Below are positions 24,059 to 38,758 of a stretch of 64,000 bases of DNA, one piece after another. Source of the DNA: Octopus vulgaris (Eukaryota). The first letter of the stretch is position 1, and every line of letters starts with the position of its first letter. Position numbers and translations under genes: made by a program. A model generated the notes under the pieces. The model saw only the letters and a list, made by a program, of their open reading frames with translations. It was not told the DNA's origin and made no database searches. The stretch spans positions 92,938,001 to 93,002,000 of the forward strand of contig OX597822.1 of the NCBI GenBank assembly GCA_951406725.2, read 5' to 3'.

Positions 24059-26808
24059 CATACTTTATTTGTGGGTTAACAAGGCTACCAATGGTTTCAT
24101 GTTAAGAGATCTTCACAATTGTTCACCCACAAATAAAAACTATTTATCCACCAATATAGTTTTGAGCACTCACTCTCGATGTTCAATATTAGTGTGTGTG
24201 TGTATGTATGTGTGTGTGTGTGTATATATATACATATATCATTGCCAAACTTCATGATCCATTATAGCAGGAAGTGGCGAGTGCTTTGCTGCCTTGTGCT
24301 TTTGAATAGGTTCCAGTGCATGACCCCTTAAAGGAGTGTCTTCTACTACAGCCCTGGGGAGATAAATGCCTTAGGAATAAGTTAGCTAGATGGAAGCTAA
24401 GCAGAAGCTCATCAAATATGTTTGTGCCTCGTTGCTTAACAACCAATGTTGGTTTCTTTATATCCATGTGACTTAGCAGTTCAGCATAAATGAATGATAG
24501 ACTACATACTGTATTATGATAATAAATACACATTAAGTACTAGATTAGTATAGAATATGTGCCATATTATGCTATCAAATTAATACAATATCAAAATAAA
24601 TCCTGGGGACAATTTAATTGACTAAACTTTCTGAGATGACCAGTTCAGTGACCGAGACCAGTAAAAGATTAAAAGAATTTTGCTAAGACAAAGTCAAGAG
24701 CAAAAAAGTGCATAAAATTGTGCAATTCTGTGCATATATTTTACCACCTTGGGTTCATGTGTATAAAATTTATTCTTGAGAAAATGGTTCTTAAATTGCA
24801 AAATTGTGTTTATTTCTGGGAAAAAAATTTAAAATTTATATATAAGAAAAAATATGTAAATTCTTAAAGAGTTTGCTTCAGTGATTCTTAGAAAATATAT
24901 ATTGAATATTTGCAAGTGAAAGAAAAATGGGGGAAATAAAACCACGTAAAAAGCTTTTGTTAAAAGTAAATTCACATTTATTTCTAGAAAAATATACATT
25001 TGTTGCAAATAAAAATGCTGTTTGTGTAATGTGTCTTGAGAACCAATATACCAAGAGTGAACTATCTCACATTCTCTTGAATGTTTATGAAATTCTTATG
25101 ATGTCATCAATATTAATATTTGGAGAAGTGATTTTGATATTTCTAAAAATTAGAGAAAAAGAAATCCACTATTTCTAGAAGGAAAATACAGTAGTTGCGT
25201 AAGAAATACAAAACATTGTTTCTACAAGTGTGTTGTTTTATCTTTATGTAGCTGAAACTGTCATCCATGTTAGAGATTAAACACAAAAGTTTGTGGTGTG
25301 CGATGCTCAACTTTGAGCCACAGTTTGATCAGCTGGATGGACATGATAACAATTCACAAATTGAATTTAGAGCTTTCACTTGAATTAATGAGACACAACA
25401 AACATATTTTGTACAATAATTCAGCCAGGAAGCTCCAAGCCACAAACTAAATTTTTCTTCCTCTCTATTAGGCTCACTTGAGGTTCGTTTGGCAGTCATC
25501 ATCATCATCGTTTAACGTCCGCTTTCCATGCTGGCATGGGTTGGACAGTCTGACTGAGGACTGGTGAGCCAGAGGGCTGCTCCAATCTGATCTGGCAAAG
25601 TTACTACAGCTGGATGCCCTTCCTAATGACAACCACTCTGAGAGTGTAGTGGGTGTTTTTATGTGCCACCGGCATGAGGGCCAGTCCAGCGGCACTGGCA
25701 ATGACCACGCTCAAATATTGTCTATCATGTGCCAGAAATAAATATAACTACCACGGAAAAGTAGCATCTTCTTCTCACTTTGAACGGTGTTCCTTAATAC
25801 TGACAAATGCCAGCCCAGCCCCTCCCAAAAGGGAAACCCTCACCACCACCTTTTGGTATTGAGAAGACAAAATATTTTGTATTCATAGAATTCTTTTCTT
25901 CTCCTCGTTGATGTTAGACAAGCTTTAAAAGTTTAAAATCATTTCAATTTCCTTATTAAACCTGGCTGTGTGGTTAAGAAGCTCATTTTTCAACCACATA
26001 GTTCCAGGTTCAATCCCACTGCGCAGTACCTTGGGCATTGTCTTGTACTATAACATGTAGGTGATTAGCGTCTTGCAAGTGAATTTGGAAAATAGAGACT
26101 GTGCTGAAGTTTGTCATGTGATATACATATGTGTCTGTGTGTATCTGTGTCACATCACTGCCACATAAATGGTGTTGGTTTGTTTACATCCTGTAATTTA
26201 GTGGTTCAACAAAAGAGTGATAGAATAAGTACCAGACTGAAAAGCTATGGAGTCAGTGTGTTTGATTAAAACCTTTCTAGGTGGTGCTTCAACATGGCCA
26301 CAGTCCAACAACCGAAACAAAAGACAAAAGATGGCAGTTTTCCTCCATTCCCCTCCTGCATCCTATGAGAAACACTTTCTGGTCATTGAACCTGTCCAGT
26401 TTCTTTCCAGTTTGCTAAAAACCTGTCAGTCTAACAATGTCTCTGCCACTCACTGCATTGATCACTGATAGCCATCGCTTGTTCATTTACTGTCCATTCT
26501 CTCATGGTAACTTTGGTCAGTCTGGGGCATCTCTGTGACAGCATTTTATGGTTTGATGCCATTGTTGTCACCAACCCTTGACCTGCTTTTCAAGTAAAGG
26601 ATTTTATATTCAACCAGACTTGGAAATCACAGAACAACCGACCATAATATCTGCAGGAACTGTATCCATTACATAATTGTTTCCCTCAGACAATATCAAG
26701 TCCCAGAATGTCAATATTTGTACATGTGAGTACTTGCACATGTGTGCACATACACACAAAAACATACATATAATATATAAGATGAGCTTCTGTTTCCAAG
26801 CTGTTTCT

Positions 26809-27039
26809 TATTTCTTTATTGCCCACAAGGGGCTAAATATAGAGGGGACAAACAAAGACAGACAAAGTGATTAAGTTGATTACATCAACCCCAGAGCGTA
26901 ACTAGTACTTATTTAATCGACCCCGAAAGGATAAGAGGCAAAGTTGACCTTGGCGGAATTTGAACTCAGAACGTAACAGCAGACGAAATATCGCTAAGCA
27001 TTTCGCCTAGCATGCTAATGTTCCAGCCAGCTCTCCGCC
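26809..27039 (-). mobile_element. SINE family B, full length, with target-site duplication
   Basis: Direct repeat CCAAGCTGTTTCT at 26796-26808 and 27039-27051. Confidence 0.9.
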
Positions 27040-28037
27040 CAAGCTGTTTCTGCCTACCAACTGTGCTCAGAAGGGATGAGTTAATCTGGCTCTTCATCGG
27101 TTAAGATGACAAGGGTCCCAGTTGATCCGATCAACAGAACGGCCTGCTCATGAAATTAATATGCAATTGGCTGAACACTCCACAAACATTCATACCCATA
27201 ATTTAGTTTTTAGGGATATTCAGCATGATGCAGGATGTGACAAGGCTGGCCCCTTTGAATTACAGGTATAATTCATTTTTGGCAACTGATGAGACTGAGG
27301 CATGTGAAGTAAAGTGTCTTGCTCAAGGACACAATGAGCTGCTGGGAATTGGACTCTGGATCCCCTGATTATAAGCTGAATCCTGTAACCACTGAACCAT
27401 GTTCCATCACACTTGGTTAAACTTAGGTAGAGTAGAGGACACTTGCCCAAGGTACCCTGTGGTGAGACCAAACCTGAAACCATGTGATTCAGAAGTGAAC
27501 TTCTTAACCTCACTGCTACGTCTGTATTTATGTATTAAAGTTAAAAAGGAGAAAAATAAAATCCCCTATCACAGAGCAAACACCTAATAATTCTGCTAAA
27601 TTAAGGCCCATTTCCTCCTGCTGAATGTGGCGGAGAAGACAAGAAACAGTTAATACAATTTTAAGTGAAAAATTGAAAAAGGAAAAAATCTTTCCCATCA
27701 GGGATTGAACTTAAGAAGTTACTGTCACACAGATCAGCGTTAATACAATTGTGTTAATAACAAAACTTAGCATAAACCCTCACGACCACGAGTGAAGTCG
27801 CTTATATTTGTCACAAAATTAAAGTATTTATTTCTCATAATTGTGAAAAAAAGATGTGTGGGAGAGTGACAAAGGAATATTCTAAACAATTCACACACAC
27901 ACACACACACGTTCTCTTTATGATTTTTCTATTTTATAACTGCATTCTAGTGCTCACGTTTAGTTTTTTGTTCAAATTTACTGGTTTTGTTTTTCTCACC
28001 AATGTATACATCTCCCTGTGATACACATTGGTAAAAC

Positions 28038-28075
<38 letters not shown>

Positions 28076-29138
28076 CTATCTATCAACCAACCATCCAACC
28101 AATCAATCAATCGAGGGGTAAAATAGCAGAATTGTTAGCATGCTGGGCAAAATGCTTTTCAGCACTTTGTCCATCTTTACGTTCCAAGTTCAAATTCCAC
28201 CAAAGTCGACATTGCCTGTCATTCTTTGGAGGGGGCGGGGGCCAATAAAATGAGTACCAGTCAAGCCCTGGGGTCAACAGCAACATATACACCTATAGGC
28301 ATATACAAACACACTTTAAACTCATATACAAACCAGAGTAATACCTGTACCAGACAGACCCTATGGTGACTGAGATTGGCAGTGTTTACATTTTTTTGCC
28401 TATGCCTCACTTGTATTATTGTTGTTGTTTGAAACTGAAAAAAATATAGTGAAACAAAAACACAAAAATGAATAAGAATAAAAAAAAAGTGTGTGTGTAT
28501 AAATCATCATCACATTTAGTGGCTGTTGTCCATGCCGGCATGGGTTGGGTGGTTTGACCATTGCTGGCAAGGCTGGAAGGCTGCACCAGACTCCAGTTTG
28601 ATCTGGCAAGGTTTGTACAGCTGGATGCCCTTCTTAATGCCAACCACTCGGAGAGTGTAGTGGGTGCTTTTATGTGGCACCAACATGGGTGCCATTTGCG
28701 TGACACCAGTATTTGCTATGACTACAATTTTACTTGGTTTGACGGGTCTTCTTCTGCCAAAGGTCTCACCCATTGCCTCCATGTGACCCAATACACACAC
28801 ACACACACACACACATGTATACATGTATGTATGCATGTAGGATTTCAATTGACAACTGAACCCTGTTTGTTTATTTTTGTTCTAACTTTTATGATGCTGC
28901 CATCTGTCTGGGTGTATGGGTAGGGAGAGAGATGTGTGAGTGTGTGTGTGTGTGGGAGTGGTTATGTGGTCATGTGTGCATGGGTGGGGGAAGGAGGGAT
29001 TGGTACTACAACTGAGAGTGAGTTGGTGAATGTTGTGTACATGATAATGCTGTTGTGTATGGATGCACATATGTGTTTTTATGTGTATGTATGTATGTAT
29101 GGAAGAACTTTGGGGCTACAAGAGTGTTTTACGTTTAA

Positions 29139-29749
29139 CCCTTTAGCATTTAAACCGGCCATATCCGGCCAAAAGTATTCTGCCTGTTTTATGTTCAAAC
29201 TGGCCAGATCTGACTTCTCACACCTACCCTACAATATCGTTTTTAAAATTAACAGTAGGTGCAGGAGTGGCTGTGTGGTAAGTAGCTTGTTTACCAACCA
29301 CATGGTTCCGGGTTCAGTCTCACTGCGTGGCACCTTGGTCAAGTGTCTTCTACTATAGCCTCGGGCTGACCAAAGCCATGTGAGTGTATTTGGTAGACGG
29401 AAACTGAAAAGAAGCCTGTCGTATATATGTATATATATGCATGTGTGTGTTTGTGTGTCTGTGTTTGTCTCCCCAACATTGCTTGACAACTGATGCTGGT
29501 GTGTTTACGTCCCCCGTTACTTAGCAGTTCGGCAAAAGATACCGATAGAATAAGTACTGGGCTTACAAAAGAATAAGTCCCGGGGTCGAGTTGCTCGATT
29601 AAAGGCGGTGAAGTCAAATGACTGAAACAAGTAAAAGAGTAAAGAGTACCTCATCAAAATCTCATAGCTACAAGATAATGCATGATTAGTTCAAAACAAT
29701 GTGGATAAAAAAGGATTCATTTTGACAGAATAATGTGAACACTAAAGGG
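29139..29749 (+). mobile_element. piggyBac-type MITE, family 2, interrupted by a SINE
   Basis: TTAA-CCCTTTAG...CTAAAGGG-TTAA. Related minus-strand copies at ~21250-21436, ~48860-49033 and ~61374-61596. Confidence 0.75.
29258..29648 (+). mobile_element. SINE family A, full-length, low-divergence copy
   Basis: GGTGCAGGAGTGGCTGTGTGGTAAG head, GGGTTCAGTC B-box, CCTTGGTCAAGTGTCTT core, internal TA/TG microsatellite, (AAAGAGT) tail. About 20 copies or fragments in the window. Confidence 0.9.
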
Positions 29750-31488
29750 TTAAAAGAGGAAGTTGAGAGATTAGCACATCATTGTCTGTGTATGGGTTGG
29801 AGGTTGTGTACATATATATTTGTGTTTGTTTGTGTGTGTGTGAAGGTGGGGTGTTGTAGACATGGAATTGCTCTCCCTGGAACTTTCTTCAAATGTAATA
29901 TTTTACTAGCGGTGTGTACATGTATCAGTTGGGTTTGGTAGTAGATGCATGAATATCACAACATCTTGCACAAGAGACATGCAAACTTCTGTATTTGTAT
30001 TGCATTGAAAAACTTTTGTGTTGATGTAAATGTGCCATCCATTGGCCTCAGTTCTTGAGCATCACTTTAGTTTATCGACCCTTGATGAATGACAAAGTTT
30101 GACCTCATCAAGGTTGGAACTCAGAATGTAAAGAACCAAAGCAAATATTGCAAAGCCCTTATTTGACATGCTAACAATTCTGCTAATTCAGCCCCCTACA
30201 ACCTTTTCTTACCAAATTTCTGCTGAAACACATATTTATTTATTTATTTCATTTAATTTTCTACATAATGAAGGATTTAGTGGTTGGATCTAGGAAGGAC
30301 ACCCAGCTGTAGAAACTGTGCTGAAGCAGACAGTGGGACTTGGTACAGTTCTCTGGCTTCCCAGTTCCTGTCAAACCGTCCGACCCATGCAGTCATGGAA
30401 GACGGATGGTAAATGATGATGATGGATGTTGCTGGTACTTAGAAAAATTGATATAAATTTTGAGGGAAGATTTTAATGGAGACCACTTCAAAAGCTAGAA
30501 GTATGTGTTGTAGGCTCATGAGTGCTGTCAGGTGTGTTGGTAAGGAAAGGGTTAATAATCCTTTGCACTTGAGGCACGGGGTGTCAGATTTGTGGGGAGG
30601 GCATTAGTCGATTGCATCGACCTCTAGTGTTTCACTGGTACTTAATTAATCAGCCCTGAAAGGAAGAAAAGCAAAGTGGACCTCAGTGGAATTTGAACCC
30701 AGAACACGAAGACAGATGAAATACTGCTAACAATTCTGCTAGTTTGCTGCCCTTGGGAAGGGTTAATAATAAAAATAATAGTAATGGTTTCAAATTTTGC
30801 CACAAGGCCTGCAATTTTAGCGGGAGAGCATTAGTTGATTACATTGGCCCCTGTGCTCTACTAGTATTTCTTTTATTGATCCCCAAAACGAACTTGGCAG
30901 AATTTGAACTCAGAATGTTGAAAACAAAAGATAAAAACAAACAAAAATAAAAAGATAGGAGAATGTTGCTAAGCATTTTAACCGATGTACTAACAATTTT
31001 GCTGCTGCTGCTGATGATGATGAAGATAATAATGGCTTCAAATTTTGGCACACTGCCAGCAATCTAAAGAGTGTGGGTAAATCAATTACATTGACCTCAG
31101 TGTTCAGCTGGTACTCAATTTTATTGACCCTGTTATCTTACTGCCTTAATGATGATGATGATTATGATGGCTTACATTGGCAAAATGCCCACAAATCCGA
31201 AAAGGAAAAATTTAACTGAAGACCTTCCCCAGCACATAACTGGTACTTAATTATTCTTTATCAACCGTGGAACATTGAAATGCAAAGTCGTACCCACTCC
31301 TCCGTCTCTGTGGGGTTGGACTTGAAATATTGGAAAACCTTCACTAAATACCATTCCAGTTTTGGCACTTGCTTGTTTCTGCCACACCGGTTCTCCTTTA
31401 TTATTGACGGTGATGGTGATGATGATGTTGCTAATCCAAAGAAAGAAATTTCCTGCATGTTTTCAATTCTCAAGTAAAGTTTTTTCAG

Positions 31489-31538
31489 AACAAATTAGGA
31501 CCAGTGAATGCGGGGACCCTTGCGAAATCCTGTTAGAG
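31489..31538 (+). CDS. Candidate alternative (first) coding exon, MRGPLRNPVR from ATG 31508
   Basis: Acceptor tttttcAG, strong donor GAG|GTAAGG. ATG at 31508 gives 10 codons plus G (phase 1), in frame with exons 44691 and 50016. Confidence 0.35.
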
Positions 31539-32187
31539 GTAAGGGGCCAATACCTTCAACATTTGCTATCTGGGTGCTTAACTTTTAATTTTTTTTCTTC
31601 ATCATTTAATTTCATCTCATTTCTCATCTAATATCAATAATAATATTATTATAATTAATATTATTATCATCATTATTATTATTAGTAGTAGCATTATAAA
31701 AATATTAATAGTGTGAATACAAATAATAATAATATTAATAATATTAATAGTGCTAATTATAATAATGATAATAATAATAATAATAATAATAAAATTTTCT
31801 TGTCAGGTCCTTTAAATGATATATATAGGGAAATGTAGTGTGCCCCACCCTCCTCATCTCTCTGGTTGCATGGGGATAATCTGTACTAATTTTGTTTAGC
31901 CCTGACCATTAATCCCTGGTCCACATCCTTTCATTGGTTTGGTGTCTGTTTCAATTCTTGGTGTTGGTTACCCTACAACTGTAGGGGTTTCTTACCTGTT
32001 TATTTATCAGCTCGTGGCCCCTTCTCACAATCATGTGTAAAACTAGTTTTGAAAGGTATTTTCTGGTTTTTGTGTAGCCCTTCTTTATTGCGTATGTATG
32101 TCTTTGTGTGTGTGTATAAATATGTATCTGCATATATACTTATGCATGTGTGTGTATACATTCACTCACACACACACACACACACAC

Positions 32188-32226
<39 letters not shown>

Positions 32227-32759
32227 GATAAAATATTTGATTCATACTCATTAGTCTGACAAAATACATGTTGTTTCACCTATGGGTGTTGAGGAACTAA
32301 AAAACAATATCTATAGGAGCTAATTTTTAAGATATGCCAAGAAGGAAAGAAATAAAAAATTATACATACACATATGTATATATATATGTGTATATACATG
32401 TGTATATATATATATGTATGTATATATATATATATATATTTAGATATACTTGAACCCTCCATGTTTGTTTCCATTTAATTTCCTTGTATGTCTCCACTGT
32501 CCTATTTTTGTTACTCACTTTGACCCTCTGCAAATCCCAAATTTTAGTTTGGTTCACGGGAGCAACTGCCTTCAAAGTCTTATATTGTCATTCAATGCTT
32601 AAAATAAGGAGTAGACAGACAGCCGACAACTGATGAAGGGTCGTTCTTTATGTTACTTGTCTTGTTTTCCATTTGTTTTTCCTGTTCTTTGCGTACCCAA
32701 CCCTATTTTCGTATTTTATCTTGTTTACGCTTTGTGATGTTCTGTACTTGTATATGCAT

Positions 32760-32807
32760 TTCTATATACATATATATATGTATGTACATATATGTATGTG
32801 TATATGC

Positions 32808-32842
<35 letters not shown>

Positions 32843-33322
32843 TGATATATGTATATATATATGAATGATATATGTATATATATATGAATGATATATGTAT
32901 ATATATATGAATGATATATATATATATATGATATATGTATATATATATGTATGTATGTATATATATATATGTATATATGATATATGTATGTATGTATATA
33001 TGTATGTATATATGTATATGTATATATATGATATATATATATATGTATGTATATATATATATGTATGTATATGTGTATATATATATATGTGTATATGTAT
33101 ATATGTGTATATGTATATATATGTGTATGTATATATATGTGTGTATGTATATATATATATGTGTATATGTATATATATGTGTATATGTATATATATGTGT
33201 ATGTATATATATGTGTATGTATATATATGTGTATGTATATATATATGTGTATATGTATATATGTGTGTATGTATATATATGTGTATATGTATATATGTGT
33301 ATATGTATATATATATATATGA

Positions 33323-33367
<45 letters not shown>

Positions 33368-33420
33368 GTGTGTGTATATGTGTAAATATATGTGTATATA
33401 TATGTATGTATATATATATG

Positions 33421-33459
<39 letters not shown>

Positions 33460-33585
33460 ATATATATATACATGTATGTATATATATATACATGTATGTA
33501 TATATGTGTACATGTATGTATATATGTGTATATGTATGTATACATATGTATATGTATGTATATCTATCTATATCTATCTAATATA

Positions 33586-33640
<55 letters not shown>
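32760..33640. repeat. ~880-bp compound (TA)n/(TATG)n/(TATATG)n microsatellite
   Basis: Directly visible; source of the Y/I/M/C-rich spurious ORFs. Confidence 0.98.
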
Positions 33641-33641
<1 letters not shown>

Positions 33642-36600
33642 GAAATTTACTGAAGATTACTGCTGGGAGGAATAAGAATCTAATCTAAAAGCAGAATGCT
33701 TAGCAGTGCTTCATGATGATCCTTAACATTCTGAGTTCAAATCCTTGTTGGGTCAACTTTGCTTCTCATCATAGTGGGGCTGACAAATTAAGAAATGGTT
33801 TTGCTTTAAACTGCTTTTTGCCTTTTTGCTCTAAGTTTGGGGTCTTTTGCCAATAATCTAAGAAATCATTTCATACAAATCACACACAAACACACACACA
33901 CACCACTATCATCATCATCATCGTTGTCATGATTGCCATCATTTAATGTGTGCTTCTCCAGTCTCGCATTGGTCATCTGGAATTTTTTTGATGTAGATTT
34001 TCTACAGCTAGATGCTCTTCCTGTCTACAAACCCTCATCTGATTCCAGGCAGGATGATATCCCCTGATGGTTAGACATGTTTTTCGTGGAAAACTGGAAA
34101 TAAACAACATCGCTTGTATGACAGTGATGCTCATTTACAACTTTCAAGACAAGGGTACTCACACACACCCTTTTATTTATTTGGTTGATAATATGATGTA
34201 TTACTGTGCATCTGACCGATTGGGTCAACATGAAACTTAAAGCAACGAATGATGTCACTTACATAAACATAACTATACTCCACGTCATATATTGAGTACT
34301 TTCTCATCTTTGATATAAACAGTGTGTGTGTGTAGTTGAAACTGAATGAAGGTTATACAATATGTGTGCAGATTTTGATGTCTTTTGTCTTTGACTTGTT
34401 TTGGTCATTGGACTGTGGCCATGCTGGGGCACCACTTTCAACAGTTTAGTCAAGTGAATCTCCACTAGTATATGTATTTTTTTTTCAAGTTTGGTACTTG
34501 TTCTATCTTGTCTCTTTTGCTGAACTGTTCAGTTACAGGGATGTAAACAAACCAGCACCGATTGTCAAGCAATATGGTGGGGGTGGGGTGGGGGGTAGAC
34601 GAACACAGTCACACCCACCCACTCACATATGAATATGTATGTCTACACACACACAAGCACACACACATAATGGGCTTCTGCACCGTTTCTGTTTAGTAAA
34701 TTCACTCACAAAGTACAGGTCTGTTTGAGGCCATAGAAAACATTTTCTGAAGGTGCTGTGCCATAGGATTGAACCTGAAACCATATGGTTGTAATGGGAA
34801 CTTCTTAGCCTCACAGCCATATCTACAATCTGTATGCACTTTGGGGACGAAAGCTGGGGACTGTCTGTAATTTGATAAAACAGTCCTGCGTACAGTGTCT
34901 GAGCATTTTTGACTTGGGTGAGGTGTGTTGAATTTCTGGTGTAGCATGTAGGGTGGAACTGGTTATCTGAATTCAAATTCCGTCGAGGTAGACTTTGCCT
35001 TTCATCTTTTTGGGGTTGATAAATTAAATACAGTTGCATACTGGAGTTGATCTAATCGTCTGGTCCCCCACCTCAAATAAAATTTCAGGCCTTGTACCTA
35101 GAGTAGAAAAGAAAATTGAAAGACATGAAAACAGAAATTTTTCTTTTTGCCCATGCCCTTGTTAACCTCTTTAGGTCCCTCGTGAAAATCTTAGTTTGTG
35201 TGGAGAAAGGGGTGCTGTTCTCTAGTGAACCATGGGTGATAAGTAGCAAGATGGTATACCTAATTGGTTTGAATCTCCATGTGTCACCTGTTTGTATTTT
35301 GTCAACCTAGCAGAGGTGGAAAGCAGAGTAAACTCTGAGCGGGATCTAGGTGGGTGATTAAATACCAGAAGTCATTTTGTTCAGCATTCTTGTAACACTG
35401 CTTCTTCTCAAGTAGTAGTAGTAATTATAATAATGATAATAAATGTTTTCAAATTTTGGCACAAGGCCAGCAATTTTGGAGGAGGGGGTTATGTTGATTA
35501 CATTCACCTCAGTGCTCAACTGGTACCTATTTTGTCGACCCTGAGAGGATGAAAAGCAAAGTGAAATCTGGTGGGATTTGAACTCGGAACATAAAACAGC
35601 TCACTGCTTAGTAATAATAATAATTATAATTATAATAATAATAATCCTTTCTACTAAAGGCACAAGGTTTGAAATTTTGGGAGTGGAGAATAGTTGATTA
35701 CATCAACCTCCAGTGTTTCACTGGTACTTAATTTATTGACCCCGAAAGGATGAAAGGCAAAGTCAACTTTGTTGGGATTTGAACTCTAGAATATAGCGAT
35801 GGGCAAAATGCCGCTAAGCAATTTGCCTGGCATGCTGATGATTCTGCCACCCTAATAGTAATGATGATGATAATAATAATAATAATAAAAGTTGTTTCAA
35901 ATTTTAGCACAAGCCAGCAGTTTTAGGGAAGCAGGCGAGTTGATTACATTAGCCCCAGTATAGAGCTGGTACTTATTTTATTGATCCCTAATAAGATGAA
36001 AGGCAAAGTTGTCCTTGGTGGTATGTGAACCCATTTCATAAAGATCTTGAAGAATAATACTTCTAAGCATTTTATCTGACATTGTAATAGTTCTTTCAAC
36101 TCTCAGCCATGGTTCGTTTATAGCAATGCTTTGTATTATAGACATGAGCCCTGAAATTTAGGGAGCTAGTTGATTTCATGGTCCCTGGTATTCAACTGGT
36201 ACTTAATTTATCGACTCTCAAAGGATGAGAGGCAAAGCTGACCTCAGTGGCATTTGAACACAGAATGTAATAAAGACGGGTGAAAAGTCTCTAAGCATCT
36301 TGTCTGGCATTCTAGCGATTCTGCCAGTTCACCCATTTTATAAAAAACAATGTTATCAGAAGTTAACAGAGAAAATAGAAAGAGACAAAAATAGATTTTT
36401 TTAAAAATGGTATTTAAGCATTTGTTCTAAATTTCTATCAGGATTCTCCAACTTTTGAGAAACTCTCTGTCTTTTAGGGATTGCAAAAAAAATTGTTGTT
36501 CCTCATTTTTCTGGCCCTTCTTCCTTGTTGTTTATTTTACTTATTAAGCAACAGTTACAAGTAGTTGTTAATTAGCCTCCTCCTCTTTTTATTCCTTTGA

Positions 36601-37539
36601 TTAGGTGATGGTGTTTAAATTAATTAATTACAACATATAGATTCTTTATTTCTTTCTCTCTCTCTCTTTACATAGCTTCTTTCTCTCTCTCTCTCTCTTT
36701 ACATGCTGGTGTTGGTGTTGTTTGTGATGATACTTGTTGCTGTTTAATCTCCTGACATGATCCTTGATCTAGCAGACCGATGATCAAAGGCATTCCAGTT
36801 GTGACCATCACTTTCTTTGTTTTTGATAAACTAAAAAGATTGTTTTTCAGACATAGCATATCTAGAACTACATTATCCAATGTGTCCTTCTTTTAGTAAG
36901 ATATTAGGGTGAACATTGAGAAAGATTTGGTTACTATTTCCAGCAGATTGAGTAACCTCATAATCTGTTTGCCTGTCCATCTCCCTTTATTTGTCTATAT
37001 TTCTCTCTGTATGTCTGTCCCTTGTTCTTTATTTTTCTGTCTGTCTCTGTCTGTCTGTTTGTCTCTCTTTGTCAGTCTCTCTCTCTTACTTCTTCTCTTC
37101 TCTCTCCTTCTCTCTCAATGACACTCCTACTGAAGTTAGCAGTGGTAGCACCGTTTTAATTAATATTAGACTTGATTAGAAAATATTTTATAGTTAATCA
37201 ACGTTACCTGTATGCTGCGGGGTGATGCAGGGTGGGGGATTAAAATTACAACATATAAATTCTTTCTTTCTTTCTCTCTCTCTCTAATCTCTCTCTCACC
37301 CTCCTTCTTGAGTATTTAATCTATCTTCTCTCTTGTATATTTTACTATCTTTGTCATGTATTTCACTCTTCCTCTATCCATTTATCCCTCTCTCTTTCTG
37401 TTCATCTCTCTCTCTGTCTCACACACACACATTATATATATATATCATCATCATATATATACCAAAGTAAGCACATAAATGTGTATCACGGTGTGGAAAA
37501 AATAGTACTCGATTACTGGAGGTAGAGTAATATCCATTA

Positions 37540-37888
37540 CTAGCAGTATCGCCTGGCGTTGCTCGGGTTTGTAAGGGAAATAACTATAAAGCATTTTTAG
37601 AGAGTTATAGCCAAAAAATGATGGTAAATTTTTTTTTTTAGTTAAAAAGGTCGAGTTGCGTCCCCTAGACAGTCTGTGGTTTGTGTTTCTGATTCTCGAC
37701 CCCATGTCGAATTTATCGATTTTTTCAGAACTGGGGGAACTTTTCAAAATTTTTGCTGCGTTAGTTTTGAATTATGACATTGGGCTATGTGTGTGTCAAG
37801 TTTAATCAGAATCGGTTGAAAGCCGTGGTCAGGGTGAAGGTACAACCTAACAGACACACAGACAAACTGCCGTTTATATATAGAGAGA
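37540..37888 (-). mobile_element. Non-autonomous Helitron
   Basis: Minus strand: 5' TCTCTCTATATATAAA, subterminal hairpin CCCGAGCAACGCCAGG, 3' CTAG. Inserted at A|T with no TSD; empty site seen at 38111-38132. Confidence 0.9.
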
Positions 37889-37944
37889 TTATTATGAAAG
37901 CTGCAAAAAAAATATATATACATACATGTGTGTGTGCGTGCGTG

Positions 37945-37979
<35 letters not shown>

Positions 37980-37992
37980 TATATATATATAG

Positions 37993-38024
<32 letters not shown>

Positions 38025-38157
38025 CATCATCACATATATACCAAAGTAAGCACATAAATGTGAATCACGGTGTGGAAAAAATTAGTACTCGATTACTGGA
38101 GGTAGAGTAATATCCATTATTATTATGAAAGCTGCAAAAAAAATATATACACATACA

Positions 38158-38212
<55 letters not shown>

Positions 38213-38423
38213 ATATACATAACATGCTTCTCAGAGCTTCACATTTCTGTTCATTGGACAGTTTAACTGAAAACCTAAACAGTTCAGAATGAGAATTGGA
38301 CAGTTTAGATTGAGAAGCTAAACTGTCTCAGGCTAAACTGTCTCGCAAACAGTCATGTGAAACTCTGAGTAGCAGTTTTTTGTGAAAGTTTTGTGATGTT
38401 TTTGTAGCTTTAATAATGATAAA

Positions 38424-38455
<32 letters not shown>

Positions 38456-38461
<6 letters not shown>

Positions 38462-38758
38462 CTGTAAAATAATATGTGACAATTATTTGTAGCTAAGATA
38501 AAACTCTGATTTTCGGATGCTGAGGTGGAAATCCACACCACCATCTCTTCGGTTATTTGGTCATCTGAAAAACGCTTTTTTATTTTCAGATGGCCAGATA
38601 ATCGAAGAGATGGTGGTGTGGATTTCCACCTTGGCATCTGAAACTCAGAGTTTTATCTTGGCTACTGAATAATTGTCACATATTATTTTACAGATAAATT
38701 TCCTCTATTTACATAATATTGAGGTCTCTTTCTTTCTTTTGTTATCTTACCAATTTTA

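Noticed and set aside
32629-32645. CTGATGA as a hammerhead (also ~53704, ~27286, ~47215, ~57668)
   Set aside because: No downstream stem II plus GAAA at suitable spacing.
32650-33675. Overlapping 200-280 aa ORFs on both strands
   Set aside because: Translations of a TA/TG microsatellite that lacks stop codons.
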